Below, piece after piece: positions 8,893 to 18,260 of a stretch of DNA of 64,000 nt. The position numbers were made by a program, and so were the translations under genes. Below the pieces are notes generated by a model. The model made no database searches, had not been told where the DNA came from, and was given only the letters and a program-made list of their open reading frames with translations. This stretch comes from Hydrurus foetidus. Its lineage: Eukaryota. The DNA lies in NCBI GenBank assembly GCA_900617105.1, contig UYFQ01000001.1, positions 1,364,001 through 1,428,000 on the forward strand. Reading direction: 5' to 3'. How positions within the stretch are numbered: position 1 is the first letter of the stretch; each line of letters begins with the position of its first letter.

Positions 8893-9896
8893 AGCGCACT
8901 CCCCCGGCTGTCGCTGCGACTGTGCATCAGCCACAGCAGGTAACTGCCGCCCAGCACGGCGGTCAGCACGCCTACGGGCAGCTCTTGCGGGGCGATCAAC
9001 CAGCGGGCGAGGATGTCGGCGGCCATCAGCAGCACAGCGCCCATCAGGCTGGCCAGCGCCATCAATCGGCCATGCGTGGTTTTGACGACGGAGCGCACCA
9101 AATGCGGCGAGGCCAGACCGACAAAGGCGATCAACCCGGTTTGGGCCACCGCCGTGCCGGTGGCCAGGGCCAGCACCGCCACCAGCGCTGCACGCATTTG
9201 CGGTAAGGGCAAACCCAAGCTGGCGGCGGTAGCTTCGCCAAGACTGAGGCCATCGAGCGCATGGCTGAGCGCCCACGCCGCACACAGGCACAGCGCCCAC
9301 ACCACCGCCATCAGCAGACAAGCCTGCCAGCCGATGAAGCTGGCGCTGCCCAGCGTGAAGCCTTGCAGCGATTGCAAAATATCCGGAAAAGCCAGCGTCA
9401 GCATGTCTTTGACCGCCCCCAGCACCACCCCGACGATGACCCCGGCCAGCAGCAGCCGCAGCGTGTGCTGCACGCCACGGGCGAGTTGCAGGGTCAGCAA
9501 AACAGCCAGCACTGCGCCGATGAAGGCGGCTCCGGTCAAACCGATGCGGGCCAGCCACTGCATGGCGAACGGCGAAACGCCAAACAGCGCCATCGCAGCC
9601 GCCACACCCAGCGAAGCGCCCGCCGCGCTGCCCAACAAAAACGGATCGGCCAACGGGTTGCGGAACAAGCCTTGCGCGACGGCGCCAGCCAAACCCAAGA
9701 GCGCACCGGCCAGCCACGCGCCCAGAGTGCGGGGCAAGCGGATATCCCACACGATTTGCCAAGCCAGCGGGTCTTGTGCCATGTTCAACACGCTTTGGAA
9801 TCCGGTGCTGCCCACGCTGGTACCCAGAAGGCCCAGGAAAACCGACAGCACCAGTAAAGCCACGCCCAAACGCACAGTTTTGGCACTTTGCATCAT
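8889..9896 (-). CDS. FecCD/BtuC-family ABC permease
   Basis: IRLPR, FRNPLADP, IAFVGL..PH, ELPVG motifs. Confidence 0.92.
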   Translation of the reverse strand: MMQSAKTVRLGVALLVLSVFLGLLGTSVGSTGFQSVLNMAQDPLAWQIVWDIRLPRTLGAWLAGALLGLAGAVAQGLFRNPLADPFLLGSAAGASLGVAAAMALFGVSPFAMQWLARIGLTGAAFIGAVLAVLLTLQLARGVQHTLRLLLAGVIVGVVLGAVKDMLTLAFPDILQSLQGFTLGSASFIGWQACLLMAVVWALCLCAAWALSHALDGLSLGEATAASLGLPLPQMRAALVAVLALATGTAVAQTGLIAFVGLASPHLVRSVVKTTHGRLMALASLMGAVLLMAADILARWLIAPQELPVGVLTAVLGGSYLLWLMHSRSDSRGSAL

Positions 9897-9906
9897 TGCA
9901 CCGCCG

Positions 9907-10815
9907 TCATTTCGCCGCCCTGTCCAGCAAACCTTTGTCTGCCAGACACTTCGCCATGATCCGTGCCGCTTCGGCCATGCGGGGGCCGGGGCGCACCACC
10001 ACGTCGGATTCGTCCACGCCGTAGACGCAGATGCGCTGCTCGCGCACAGCTTTGATGCTGTCCCAACCGGGGTAGGCCACGCGCTCTTGCATGCTGCGGT
10101 TGCCGATCATGATGAGGTCAGGGTTGGCACGCACCACGAACTCGGGGTTAAGGCGTGGGAACGGCCCCAGGCTTGCGGGAATGACGTTTTTCACGCCCAG
10201 GCGGGTGAGAGTTTCGCCAATGAAGGACGCCTCGCCCGCGCCATACGGGCCACGGCTGACCTCGAAGTAGACGCGGGTGTTTTTGACGCTGGCGGGCAGG
10301 CTTTGCGCTGCGGCTGAGACGCTGGCGTCGATCACGCGCCACAGGCGTTTCGCGCCCTGCTCTTCGGGTACGTCGAGCAACTGGCCTAAGCTGCTCAGTA
10401 CACGTTGCACGTCCGCATGGCTTTTGGGCTCCAGCGCGAGGACTTTCAAGCCCAACGATTCCAGCCGGGCACTGGCGCGGGACGAGACGGACAGCAGCAC
10501 CACATCAGGACGCAGGGCGACGATGGCTTCGACATTGGGGTCAATGCCACCACCGACTTTGGGCAAAGCACGCACGCTGGCCGGGTAGTTGGAATAACGG
10601 TCAGTACCGACAAGGCGCTGGCACTGGTCGAGCGCACAAATGCCTTCGGTCAGTGACGGCAACAGGCTGACGATGCGCTGGGGGCTTTGCGCAAACTGCA
10701 CGGTGGTGCCGCGCTGGTCGGTGATGGAGATGGGGGCGTTGATGGGGATGTTGGGGCTGGCGGCGTGAACCGATGCGCTCAGCAGCAGACCCCAAGCGAT
10801 GAGCAAAAACTTCAT
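9907..10815 (-). CDS. Periplasmic cobalamin-binding protein (BtuF-like)
   Basis: Signal peptide, RIVSLLPSLTE, EAIVALRPD, RPGPR. Confidence 0.88.
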   Translation of the reverse strand: MKFLLIAWGLLLSASVHAASPNIPINAPISITDQRGTTVQFAQSPQRIVSLLPSLTEGICALDQCQRLVGTDRYSNYPASVRALPKVGGGIDPNVEAIVALRPDVVLLSVSSRASARLESLGLKVLALEPKSHADVQRVLSSLGQLLDVPEEQGAKRLWRVIDASVSAAAQSLPASVKNTRVYFEVSRGPYGAGEASFIGETLTRLGVKNVIPASLGPFPRLNPEFVVRANPDLIMIGNRSMQERVAYPGWDSIKAVREQRICVYGVDESDVVVRPGPRMAEAARIMAKCLADKGLLDRAAK

Positions 10816-11432
10816 ACCGGCGCTTTCAAAGTAAGGGGCAAACCTGCGGCCATCAGCGTGACGCGCTGGCAGGCTTTAGCAACATCTTGGTTCAGACGGC
10901 CCAGCGCATCGACATAGGCGCGGACTTCACGGCCCATCGGGATGACACCCAGGCCGATTTCGTTGCTGACGAGGACGACGGGGCCAGGGGCTGTGCTTAT
11001 CGCTTCTAAAAGAATAGCTACTGGCGCTGATGGGATCATCTGGTATGGCTTATTTTGTTCAGCATCCAGCTCAGCATTCGGCATCGTCCAGTTGGTCAGC
11101 CACAGCGTGAGGCAGTCAACAACGGTCAGCGTGTCCGGCTGGCTGTACTGGCTAATTGCCTCCGCGAGGTGCAGCGGCTCTTCCACGGTGGTCATGCCGG
11201 GCAGGCGCTCTGCGCGGTCTTGCTGGTGGCGGGTGATGCGCTGGCGCATCTCGTCATCCCACGGTTGGGCGGTGGCGATGAAAACGGCGCGGTGGCCAGG
11301 CGATGCGGCCAGCCAATCGACAGCCAGTGTTTCGGCACGGCGGGATTTGCCGCTGCGCTGGCCACCCAGAATCAACTCATGGACAGGCTGGGGGGCTGCA
11401 ACAGCTTTGACGTTAGCCATGCGGTCAACCAT
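10812..11432 (-). CDS. cobU: Bifunctional adenosylcobinamide kinase / cobinamide-phosphate guanylyltransferase
   Basis: GGQRSGKS, RITRHQQDR, VDCLTLW, VSNEIGLG motifs (CobU/CobP). Confidence 0.92.
   Translation of the reverse strand: MVDRMANVKAVAAPQPVHELILGGQRSGKSRRAETLAVDWLAASPGHRAVFIATAQPWDDEMRQRITRHQQDRAERLPGMTTVEEPLHLAEAISQYSQPDTLTVVDCLTLWLTNWTMPNAELDAEQNKPYQMIPSAPVAILLEAISTAPGPVVLVSNEIGLGVIPMGREVRAYVDALGRLNQDVAKACQRVTLMAAGLPLTLKAPV
11002..11055 (+). repeat. Motif copy 4 (inside cobU)
   Basis: GCTTCTAAAAGAATAGC TACTGG CGCTGATGGGATCATCT GGTATG GCTTATTT. Confidence 0.65.
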
Positions 11433-12243
11433 GAAGCGCAGCCCAGTTCATCACGATGCGGTGCAACTGCGCCACGCCGTCGGTCAACGCAGCGGGGCCG
11501 GGTTGCAGAATGTCGCAGGATTTGATCTCGAAAATTTGGCTATTTTTCACGGCATTGACGCTTTCCCAGCCTGCACGGGCTGCTACTTTTTCAGGACGGA
11601 ATTTTTTGCCACACCACGAACCAATGATGATGTCCGGATTGCGGCGAACGATCTCTTGCCCGTCTGCAATGATGCGGTTTTTGCCCAGCGATTCGGTGCT
11701 GAGCTCGGGAAAGCAGTCATCGCCCCCAGCCAAGCCCATCAACTCGGACACCCAACGGATGGCGCTGATGTGCGGCTCGTCCCACTCCTCGAAAAACACT
11801 TTCGGGCGGCGTGGCAGACGGCTGGCAGCATCCTTGATGGCGGCAAGCTGTACTTGGATCTCGGCCAACTTGGTCAAGCCCAGTTCCGCCTGCCCCACCA
11901 TCGCTGCGACTTGGTAGAGCATGGCGAAAATCTCAGCCACGCTGCGCTGGTTGAACACCGTGACCTGGATGCCCTGGCGGATCAGCAACGCGGCAATGTC
12001 GGCCTGCAAATCCGAGAAGCCAAAGACGCAATCGGGTTGCAGCGCGAGGATTTTGTCGATCTTGGCACTGAGGAAGGCGCTGACCTTGGGCTTCTCGTCC
12101 CGCGCTTTTCGGGGCCGCACGGTGTAGCCGGAAATGCCCACAATACGGGCCTCTTCACCGAGCAGGTAGAGCCATTCGGTGGTCTCTTCGGTGAGGCAGA
12201 CGATGCGTTGGGGAGCGAGGCTGGCGGGATGGAGAAAGTTCAT
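11425..12243 (-). CDS. BtuF-like helical-backbone binding protein lacking a signal peptide
   Basis: PQRIVCLTEE, ILQPGP; N-terminus not hydrophobic. Confidence 0.8.
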   Translation of the reverse strand: MNFLHPASLAPQRIVCLTEETTEWLYLLGEEARIVGISGYTVRPRKARDEKPKVSAFLSAKIDKILALQPDCVFGFSDLQADIAALLIRQGIQVTVFNQRSVAEIFAMLYQVAAMVGQAELGLTKLAEIQVQLAAIKDAASRLPRRPKVFFEEWDEPHISAIRWVSELMGLAGGDDCFPELSTESLGKNRIIADGQEIVRRNPDIIIGSWCGKKFRPEKVAARAGWESVNAVKNSQIFEIKSCDILQPGPAALTDGVAQLHRIVMNWAALHG

Positions 12244-13613
12244 AGAACAGGCGGTAAGAAAAGCTGTGCTGCCGCTTCAGGGTTGGACGCGAACCATGCA
12301 TGGAAGTAGCTGGCACGCACACTGCCCTGCACGTACAGCGCTTCGCCCGCGTCGAATGTGGGGATGGCATCAGGGCGCGATGTGCGGGTGGCGGCAGCCA
12401 GCGGAGTCTGGCAAACCGAGTAGTGGAAGGTGTGGCCGCGCAAAGTTTGCCCGTTCAGCACCAACTGCTGCGGCCCCAGGCCAGCCAAGCGCTTTTGCAG
12501 GGTGACTTGGCCGGGCAGCAAACCCCACATGGCATGCGTGGATTCGTCTGCAATCGTCAACGACTCGAACAGCAGCATCATGCCGCCGCATTCGGCCCAG
12601 ACGGGTTTGCCTTGGGCCACATGGGCTTGCAGGCTGTCACGGCAGGCGTGTTGATGCGACAGCACTTCGGCATGCAGCTCAGGGTAGCCACCGGGCAGCC
12701 AGACCGCATCGCAAGAGGGCACAACCGCATCGGTCAGTGGCGAGAAGAAGACCAGTTCAGCACCCAGTTCGCGCAGGGTGTCCAGGTTGGCTTGGTAAAT
12801 GAAGCAAAAAGCAGCGTCACGGGCTACCGCAACGGTGCGGCCCTGGAGCAGGGGCGGCATGGCGCTGACTGCGTGGGTGTCCACAGCCAAGGTCATGTCG
12901 AAGGTGACGGCCCAGCGCTGCAAGTCGGCGGTGGTCATCTGCCCCAGCGGGGTGGTTGCCAGTGCATCGGCCGCAGCGTCTAAGCGTGCCATCGCATCGC
13001 TGACTTCGCTGGCGACGGTCAAGCCCAAATGCCGCTCAGGCAGGGCCAGTGCGGGGTTGCGCATCAACGCCCCCAGCCACTGGTCGGACGCACTTGCCTG
13101 CAACATGCTGGCGTGGCGCTCGCTCGCGACGCGGTTGGCCAGCACACCAGCCCAGCGCAGGCCGGGGCGGTAATGCTGCAGGCCAAAAGCGAGCGCCCCA
13201 AAGGTGCCCGCCATCGCGGAGGCATCAATCACAGCCAGCACGGACAAACCGAAGCGCTGCGCCAAATCGGCAGCACTGGGGTCGCCATCAAACAGGCCCA
13301 TCACGCCTTCGACAATGATGAGGTCAGCGTGCTGTGCGGCTTGCTGCAAGCGGGCGCGGCAGTCGGTCTCACCTGTCATCCACAGATCAAGCTGATGGAC
13401 GGGTGCGCCGCTGGCCAAGGCCAGCCAATAGGGGTCGAGGAAATCGGGCCCGCATTTGAAGACGCGCACCCGCCGCCCTTGCCGCGTGTGCAGCCGCGCC
13501 AAAGCGGCGCTGACGGTGGTTTTACCTTGGCCTGAAGCGGGTGCTGCGATCAGCACAGCAGGGCAGGTTGATGCAGCTTGCCCCGCTGCATTGACGGCAT
13601 TCACAGCATTCAC
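12240..13613 (-). CDS. cbiA: Cobyrinate a,c-diamide synthase (CbiA/CobB)
   Basis: SGQGKTT, FKCGPDFLD, EGVMGLFDG, PERHLGL, GGYPEL, AECGG; start uncertain (GTG 13613 or ATG 13625). Confidence 0.9.
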   Translation of the reverse strand: MNAVNAVNAAGQAASTCPAVLIAAPASGQGKTTVSAALARLHTRQGRRVRVFKCGPDFLDPYWLALASGAPVHQLDLWMTGETDCRARLQQAAQHADLIIVEGVMGLFDGDPSAADLAQRFGLSVLAVIDASAMAGTFGALAFGLQHYRPGLRWAGVLANRVASERHASMLQASASDQWLGALMRNPALALPERHLGLTVASEVSDAMARLDAAADALATTPLGQMTTADLQRWAVTFDMTLAVDTHAVSAMPPLLQGRTVAVARDAAFCFIYQANLDTLRELGAELVFFSPLTDAVVPSCDAVWLPGGYPELHAEVLSHQHACRDSLQAHVAQGKPVWAECGGMMLLFESLTIADESTHAMWGLLPGQVTLQKRLAGLGPQQLVLNGQTLRGHTFHYSVCQTPLAAATRTSRPDAIPTFDAGEALYVQGSVRASYFHAWFASNPEAAAQLFLPPVL

Positions 13614-15466
13614 TGCGGTGCCCATTTCGCGGCCACGTACAGGCTGCGCCCTGGGTTGGCGTAGGTGCTGGCCGTCTCATAGACCTTGCCTGTGGCGTTG
13701 TCCAGCCGCGCTAAGAGCGTCCAGTCGCGGGCGACACGGGTGCTGGCGTTCAGATTGAGCAGGGCATAGCCGCCCATCGGCACGGTCTCGCCTGCGCTGC
13801 TGTAGCGCTTGGCGGACAGCAAGGTGTCCACGCCCAACAACCATGTCCCCACGCGCCAATCGGCACCCAGCACAGCGTGTTGACGCGCACGGCGGGCCAG
13901 TTGTTTGCCTGTATCCAGGTCACGCGGATCTTGGAAATCCAGCGAGCCGCGCAAATCAACAGGGCCGAGCACGGTCGTCACACGGGTGGCTCCGGCCAAC
14001 GTCACGCCGGAATACTCAGCACGGGTGGTGTTGCCGTAGCAGCCGGGGAAGGAACCTTTGCCCGCAGCGCAAGGGCCAGGGGCGGAGACGAAGGTGATGA
14101 GGTTGGACACCGTGTTGCGGTAAGCGGTGACGCTGGCGCTGCTGCTGCCCTCAGCGTAGCGCAAGCCCAGTTCCAGATTGCGGCTGGATTCGGGCTTCAG
14201 GCTGGCAACACCGTACTGGCTGAAACGCTGGTAGAGCGTGGGGGTGCGAAAGGCGGTGCCAGCCGATGCCGTGGCTCGCCACTGGGGCGTGAAGGCATAG
14301 GCGTAGGCGGCGCTACCGGTGCTTTTGCCACCGAATTCGCTGTCTTGGTCGCGCCGCACATTGAGCTGCAAGGTATGGCCGGATTGAACAAAGCCGTAAC
14401 CCAAAGCCACGCCGTTTTGTGAGCGGTCTTTGGCGATGGGCGCGTTGTCCAGACGGTCAACGCGCTGCTCCAGTGTGGCGGACAGGCGGTGTGCGCCCAG
14501 GCGCAGATCGTTCTGAAACAGTGCACCGCGCAGCTTGGTTTGCGTCAGGTAGGGCGAGGGGATGGTCTCATAACGGCTGGTGGATTCGGTGACGCTCAAA
14601 CGGGTGGTGTACACATCGCTCCACTTGGCTGACCATTGCAGGCCCAGGTTTTGCAGCTTGTTCAGGTTGCGGTCGTCCAGCGTTTTGCTGTTGTCGTACT
14701 GCGAGTTCAGGTCGTTATAAAGGCCTGTAGCTTCGATGCGGTGATCGGGGTTGATCTGAAAGCCTAAGCGAGCGCTGGCAGATTGGCTTTTGTAGCCGTC
14801 ACGGTCAGGGTTGGCGGTGGCGATGGTGCGGGCGTTGAAGCCGGTACTTTTCTCGTCAGCGAGGCCCAAGGCGTAGTCAAAACCGGCTTGCGATCCGCTG
14901 AAACCGGCGTCCACCTTGCGCGTGCCGTAACGGCCTACACCGATACCGATGACGGGGGAGAAAGCGCCTTCGCCTTTTTTGGTGAAAATTTGGATGACAC
15001 CGCCCAGGGCGTCAGAACCGTAAACTGCTGCAGCGGGGCCGCGCAGCACTTCCACGCGGTCGATTTGCGACAGGGGAATCACCTCCCAGGGTGCGCCGCC
15101 AGTGGATTGTGAATCGACACGGATGCCGTCAATGAACACGGCGGTGAAGCGGGTTTCAGCACCGCGTAAAAACACGCTGGTGTTGTTACCAGGGCCGCCG
15201 TTGCGGGCCATCTCGATGCCGGGCAGGCGCGACAGCACGTCAGACAAGCCGCCAGCGCCGGCACGGTCTAGCATGGCGCGGTCGATGATGGAAACGTCGG
15301 CTACCACATCAGACAGCGGCTGCTCGCTGCGGGTGGCGGTGATGGTGGTGGCTTTGAGGGTGGCGCTTTTATCGCTTGATTGGGCCATCGCAGGCACCAT
15401 CACGGTTAAAGAAGCGGACACGGCCAAAGGCACAGCGCACAAGCGCCAAGAGTTCAAGGTTGTCAT
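13610..15466 (-). CDS. btuB: TonB-dependent vitamin B12 receptor
   Basis: Signal peptide, TITATR TonB box, IDRVEVLRGPAAAVYGSDALGGVI; first gene after a cobalamin riboswitch. Confidence 0.88.
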   Translation of the reverse strand: MTTLNSWRLCAVPLAVSASLTVMVPAMAQSSDKSATLKATTITATRSEQPLSDVVADVSIIDRAMLDRAGAGGLSDVLSRLPGIEMARNGGPGNNTSVFLRGAETRFTAVFIDGIRVDSQSTGGAPWEVIPLSQIDRVEVLRGPAAAVYGSDALGGVIQIFTKKGEGAFSPVIGIGVGRYGTRKVDAGFSGSQAGFDYALGLADEKSTGFNARTIATANPDRDGYKSQSASARLGFQINPDHRIEATGLYNDLNSQYDNSKTLDDRNLNKLQNLGLQWSAKWSDVYTTRLSVTESTSRYETIPSPYLTQTKLRGALFQNDLRLGAHRLSATLEQRVDRLDNAPIAKDRSQNGVALGYGFVQSGHTLQLNVRRDQDSEFGGKSTGSAAYAYAFTPQWRATASAGTAFRTPTLYQRFSQYGVASLKPESSRNLELGLRYAEGSSSASVTAYRNTVSNLITFVSAPGPCAAGKGSFPGCYGNTTRAEYSGVTLAGATRVTTVLGPVDLRGSLDFQDPRDLDTGKQLARRARQHAVLGADWRVGTWLLGVDTLLSAKRYSSAGETVPMGGYALLNLNASTRVARDWTLLARLDNATGKVYETASTYANPGRSLYVAAKWAPQ

Positions 15467-15559
15467 AACAAAAGAATCGGTAAACCGTTACCCTCACTGG
15501 CTTCCCCGCCAGTGCTTGGGCGCAAAGAAAATACCCGCTGAAAGCAGGCACCCTCACCT

Positions 15560-15797
15560 TATTGGCCGGTATCCGGGCTAGAGCATTTAAAACCCATCGC
15601 CTTCCCAGACTGCTCAGGTTGACCTGACATGTCCAGTGGCTGCGTGATGGGCCTGTGGTGTCCAATAAGTCACCACGGCTCGACCGTTGCGGGGGCAGCG
15701 CAGGTGAGGCGAAAAAACCGGTCTTTCGACGGCTTTAGCACCCTCCTGCTTCCCGTTGAACTGCACTGTGTGAACCACAATGCGAGCACCAACACGG
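15560..15797 (-). promoter_or_regulatory. Cobalamin (AdoCbl) riboswitch
   Basis: Minus strand shows GGTGC..AACGGGAA..CTGCCCCCGCAACGGT..GCCACTG..GGGAAGG..AGCCCGGATACCGGCC (B12 box) upstream of btuB. Confidence 0.93.
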
Positions 15798-15880
15798 TAA
15801 ATTTTAAGGCACAAAGCTGACGCGCCGCTTAAAATAGAAAGTTATGCTTATGCGGTAACTCTTGGTAACTCTCTTTTCAA

Positions 15881-16150
15881 ATGACCATCTCGTCCCCCTT
15901 TGCGCAGATCGCTGACCGTGTAGAGCGCCTGTTGGTGCGCCAAACAGCGCTACAGACAGCCAACCTGTCGCTGGCAGAACAGGTGACTGCCTTGACCCAA
16001 GAGCGCGACTCACTCAAATTGCGCCTGCACGCTGCACGCGCCAGGGTAGACGCTTTGCTTGACCGCTTGCCTGAAGCCATAGCAACCCCATCAGCGCCAC
16101 CATACACACCTGCACCCGTAGCCCTGATTGAAAGTGAAAGCCCTCAATGA
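15881..16150 (+). CDS. ZapB/DUF904-like coiled-coil protein
   Basis: IADRVERLL..ERDSLKLRL..ARARVDALLDRLP coiled coil; overlaps zapA start. Confidence 0.75.
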   Translation: MTISSPFAQIADRVERLLVRQTALQTANLSLAEQVTALTQERDSLKLRLHAARARVDALLDRLPEAIATPSAPPYTPAPVALIESESPQ

Positions 16151-16572
16151 AACAGCTTGAAGTGCAAATCATGGGGCAGAGTTACCTGCTCGGTTGCCCC
16201 GAAGGGGGCGACGCCAGCCTGTTGGACGTGGTGAACCGCGTTGATTTGGCGATGTGCAAAATTCGCGATACCGGCAAAGTCAAAGCGCGTGACCGTATCG
16301 CCGTACTGGCCGCACTGAATTTGGTGTTCGAAGCGCAAAACCAACTCCAAACGCAACTCGATGCGCAATCGCAGGCCCAAACGCAAGCCCACGCTGCGGT
16401 TATCGCTCAACTTCAAGCCCAAGTGGATGCATCCACACAGGCTGTAGTGCCGGTGCCACCTGCGCTGTCCTACGACACCGCAACCGCTATCAGCGACAGC
16501 GAATCCGCACAGCTCTTGACACTGATTGAGCGCATGGACGTGGCCTTGAGCGACAACCCGCAGTTGTTTTAA
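16147..16572 (+). CDS. zapA: Cell division protein ZapA
   Basis: VQIMGQSYLLGCP..RIAVLAALNL; directly upstream of 6S RNA. Confidence 0.88.
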   Translation: MKQLEVQIMGQSYLLGCPEGGDASLLDVVNRVDLAMCKIRDTGKVKARDRIAVLAALNLVFEAQNQLQTQLDAQSQAQTQAHAAVIAQLQAQVDASTQAVVPVPPALSYDTATAISDSESAQLLTLIERMDVALSDNPQLF

Positions 16573-16610
16573 ACCTGCGAAACAACAGCCGCCGCGCTCT
16601 ACAATCACAG

Positions 16611-16780
16611 CGTCTGCGGTTTCACTGGACTTTATATTTCCTTGTACCAATGCTCTTAGAGCACGGGCTTGGAACATTGCCACTGAGCGTGATCGTCTCG
16701 CGTTAGACGAACCCAACAGCCGGCTGCCCTCGCCCACCTGAACCCTGGTTCAGGATGACGGTTTGGTGCCACCGCAGACA
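16611..16780 (+). ncRNA. ssrS: 6S RNA
   Basis: Follows zapA; TACAAT -10 at 16600-16605; terminal stem GTCTGCGGT(16612-16620)/ACCGCAGAC(16771-16779); internal CCTGAACC..GGTTCAGG. Confidence 0.85.
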
Positions 16781-16834
16781 CCTTCTTTTCGCTTTGCCGT
16801 CCTCTGCACCTCTAGGCCTCCAGCCACCCCCACC

Positions 16835-17647
16835 ATGACCCTTGAACCCCTTGTGATCGTTGAGTTACTGGCCTTGGGGTGTGTGTCGGGTTTTTTAGCG
16901 GGTTTGCTGGGTATCGGTGGCAGCATGTTGATGGTGCCGGTGATGACCTGGGTGATGGGCCACCAAGGCGTGCCTCATGATTTTGTCGTCCACGCGGCGA
17001 TTGGTACATCGCTGGCCACCATCTGCATGACCTCGCTGTCTTCGGTGCGTGCGCACCACCAACGCGGTGCCGTGCGCTGGTCGATTGTGGCGGCACTGAC
17101 ACCAGGTATTTTGGGCGGGGCTTACTTGGGTTCGCTGATCGCGACGCACCTCAATAGCCGAGTGCTGGGGCTTGTTTTCGGTGGATTTCTGTTTTTCTCT
17201 GCGGCACAAATGTTGGCGAATTTGAAACCTAAAGCAGCACGTCAACTGCCACAAACACCGGGCATGTTAGGCGCCGGTGGCGTGATTGGCACGCTATCGG
17301 GTCTGCTGGGTGCTGGTGGCGGTTTTGTGTCCGTGCCCTTCATGACGTGGTGCAACGTGCCCATCCACAACGCGGTGGCCACCTCCGCTGCTTTAGGCTT
17401 TCCGATCGCGTTGGCGGGCACCGTCGGCTATGTGGTGAACGGCTGGAACACGCCAGGCATGCCGCCCTACACCTTCGGTTTCGTCTACCTGCCAGCCCTG
17501 CTGGTGATTGTGGTGGCGAGCATTTGCACGGCCCCGATGGGGGCCAAAGCCGCACACAAGCTGGACACAGCAGCCCTAAAGCGGGCGTTCGCCACCTTGG
17601 TGCTGGCGCTAGGTTCGTACATGCTGTACCGCAGCCTCAACGCATGA
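16835..17647 (+). CDS. TauE/SafE (TSUP) family membrane transporter
   Basis: GFLAGLLGIGG, AIGTSL, SGLLGAGGG, AVATS repeats. Confidence 0.88.
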   Translation: MTLEPLVIVELLALGCVSGFLAGLLGIGGSMLMVPVMTWVMGHQGVPHDFVVHAAIGTSLATICMTSLSSVRAHHQRGAVRWSIVAALTPGILGGAYLGSLIATHLNSRVLGLVFGGFLFFSAAQMLANLKPKAARQLPQTPGMLGAGGVIGTLSGLLGAGGGFVSVPFMTWCNVPIHNAVATSAALGFPIALAGTVGYVVNGWNTPGMPPYTFGFVYLPALLVIVVASICTAPMGAKAAHKLDTAALKRAFATLVLALGSYMLYRSLNA

Positions 17648-17916
17648 TCTGAAAGGTGCGCAAACGCAGTGTTAAACACAGAGTAATTGGCGGCTCGACA
17701 CGATTCACCCTCAGAAGGAACCCTGGGTCAATGGTAAAATGCAGGCATCCGGTTTGTTGTCAACATGGAAGCCGCCACTGAGAGGGCATCCAAGCCCACA
17801 ACGCTCACATCCTCTCGCACACCCCTGACTTGCAGACAAGCAATCAGACTCCACTTCAAACTGTATGAACCACTTTACCTCTACCGCCATGCAACTCCCT
17901 ACGGAAAGTTCTGTCC

Positions 17917-18156
17917 ATGTCTAAGCCCGAGGTCAAAACAGCCGTACTGGCTGATGGTTTACGTTACAAATCCAAGCCGTCAGGCTCGCCCTTCAAAGCC
18001 GGTGCATCGCTGGGCAGCGCCACCATGTCATGCTTCTTGTGCGGTAAACACCGCACCCGTTCGCTGATGAAAACCCGCAATGTGCTGGGCAAAGCCCAAG
18101 CCGTGTGCGCCCCCAACTGCAAGGCGATGGACGAAGCCTTGGCCGCTCAAAACTGA
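17917..18156 (+). CDS. Small hypothetical protein with CxxC..CxxxC (putative metal-binding)
   Basis: SCFLCGKHR..VCAPNC; GC3-biased codons; GGAAAG upstream. Confidence 0.7.
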   Translation: MSKPEVKTAVLADGLRYKSKPSGSPFKAGASLGSATMSCFLCGKHRTRSLMKTRNVLGKAQAVCAPNCKAMDEALAAQN

Positions 18157-18260
18157 TTGCGCTGATTGTGATTTCCTGCTGGTTCGCCTGACGCGCACCT
18201 TGCGCACCGGGCACCGGCACCCCCCAGGCCACCAGCTTAACCACCCTTTATCCTCGTGGT

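Noticed and set aside
8893..9762. 547-aa ORF suggesting a long N-terminal extension of the ABC ATPase
   Set aside because: The extension overlaps the permease in another frame; a GTGA-coupled start at 8892 gives a normal-sized ATPase.
5294..13535. Long + strand ORFs (5294-6517, 9013-10317, 10942-12309 and others)
   Set aside because: Antisense shadows of well-supported genes in GC-rich DNA, with no motifs.
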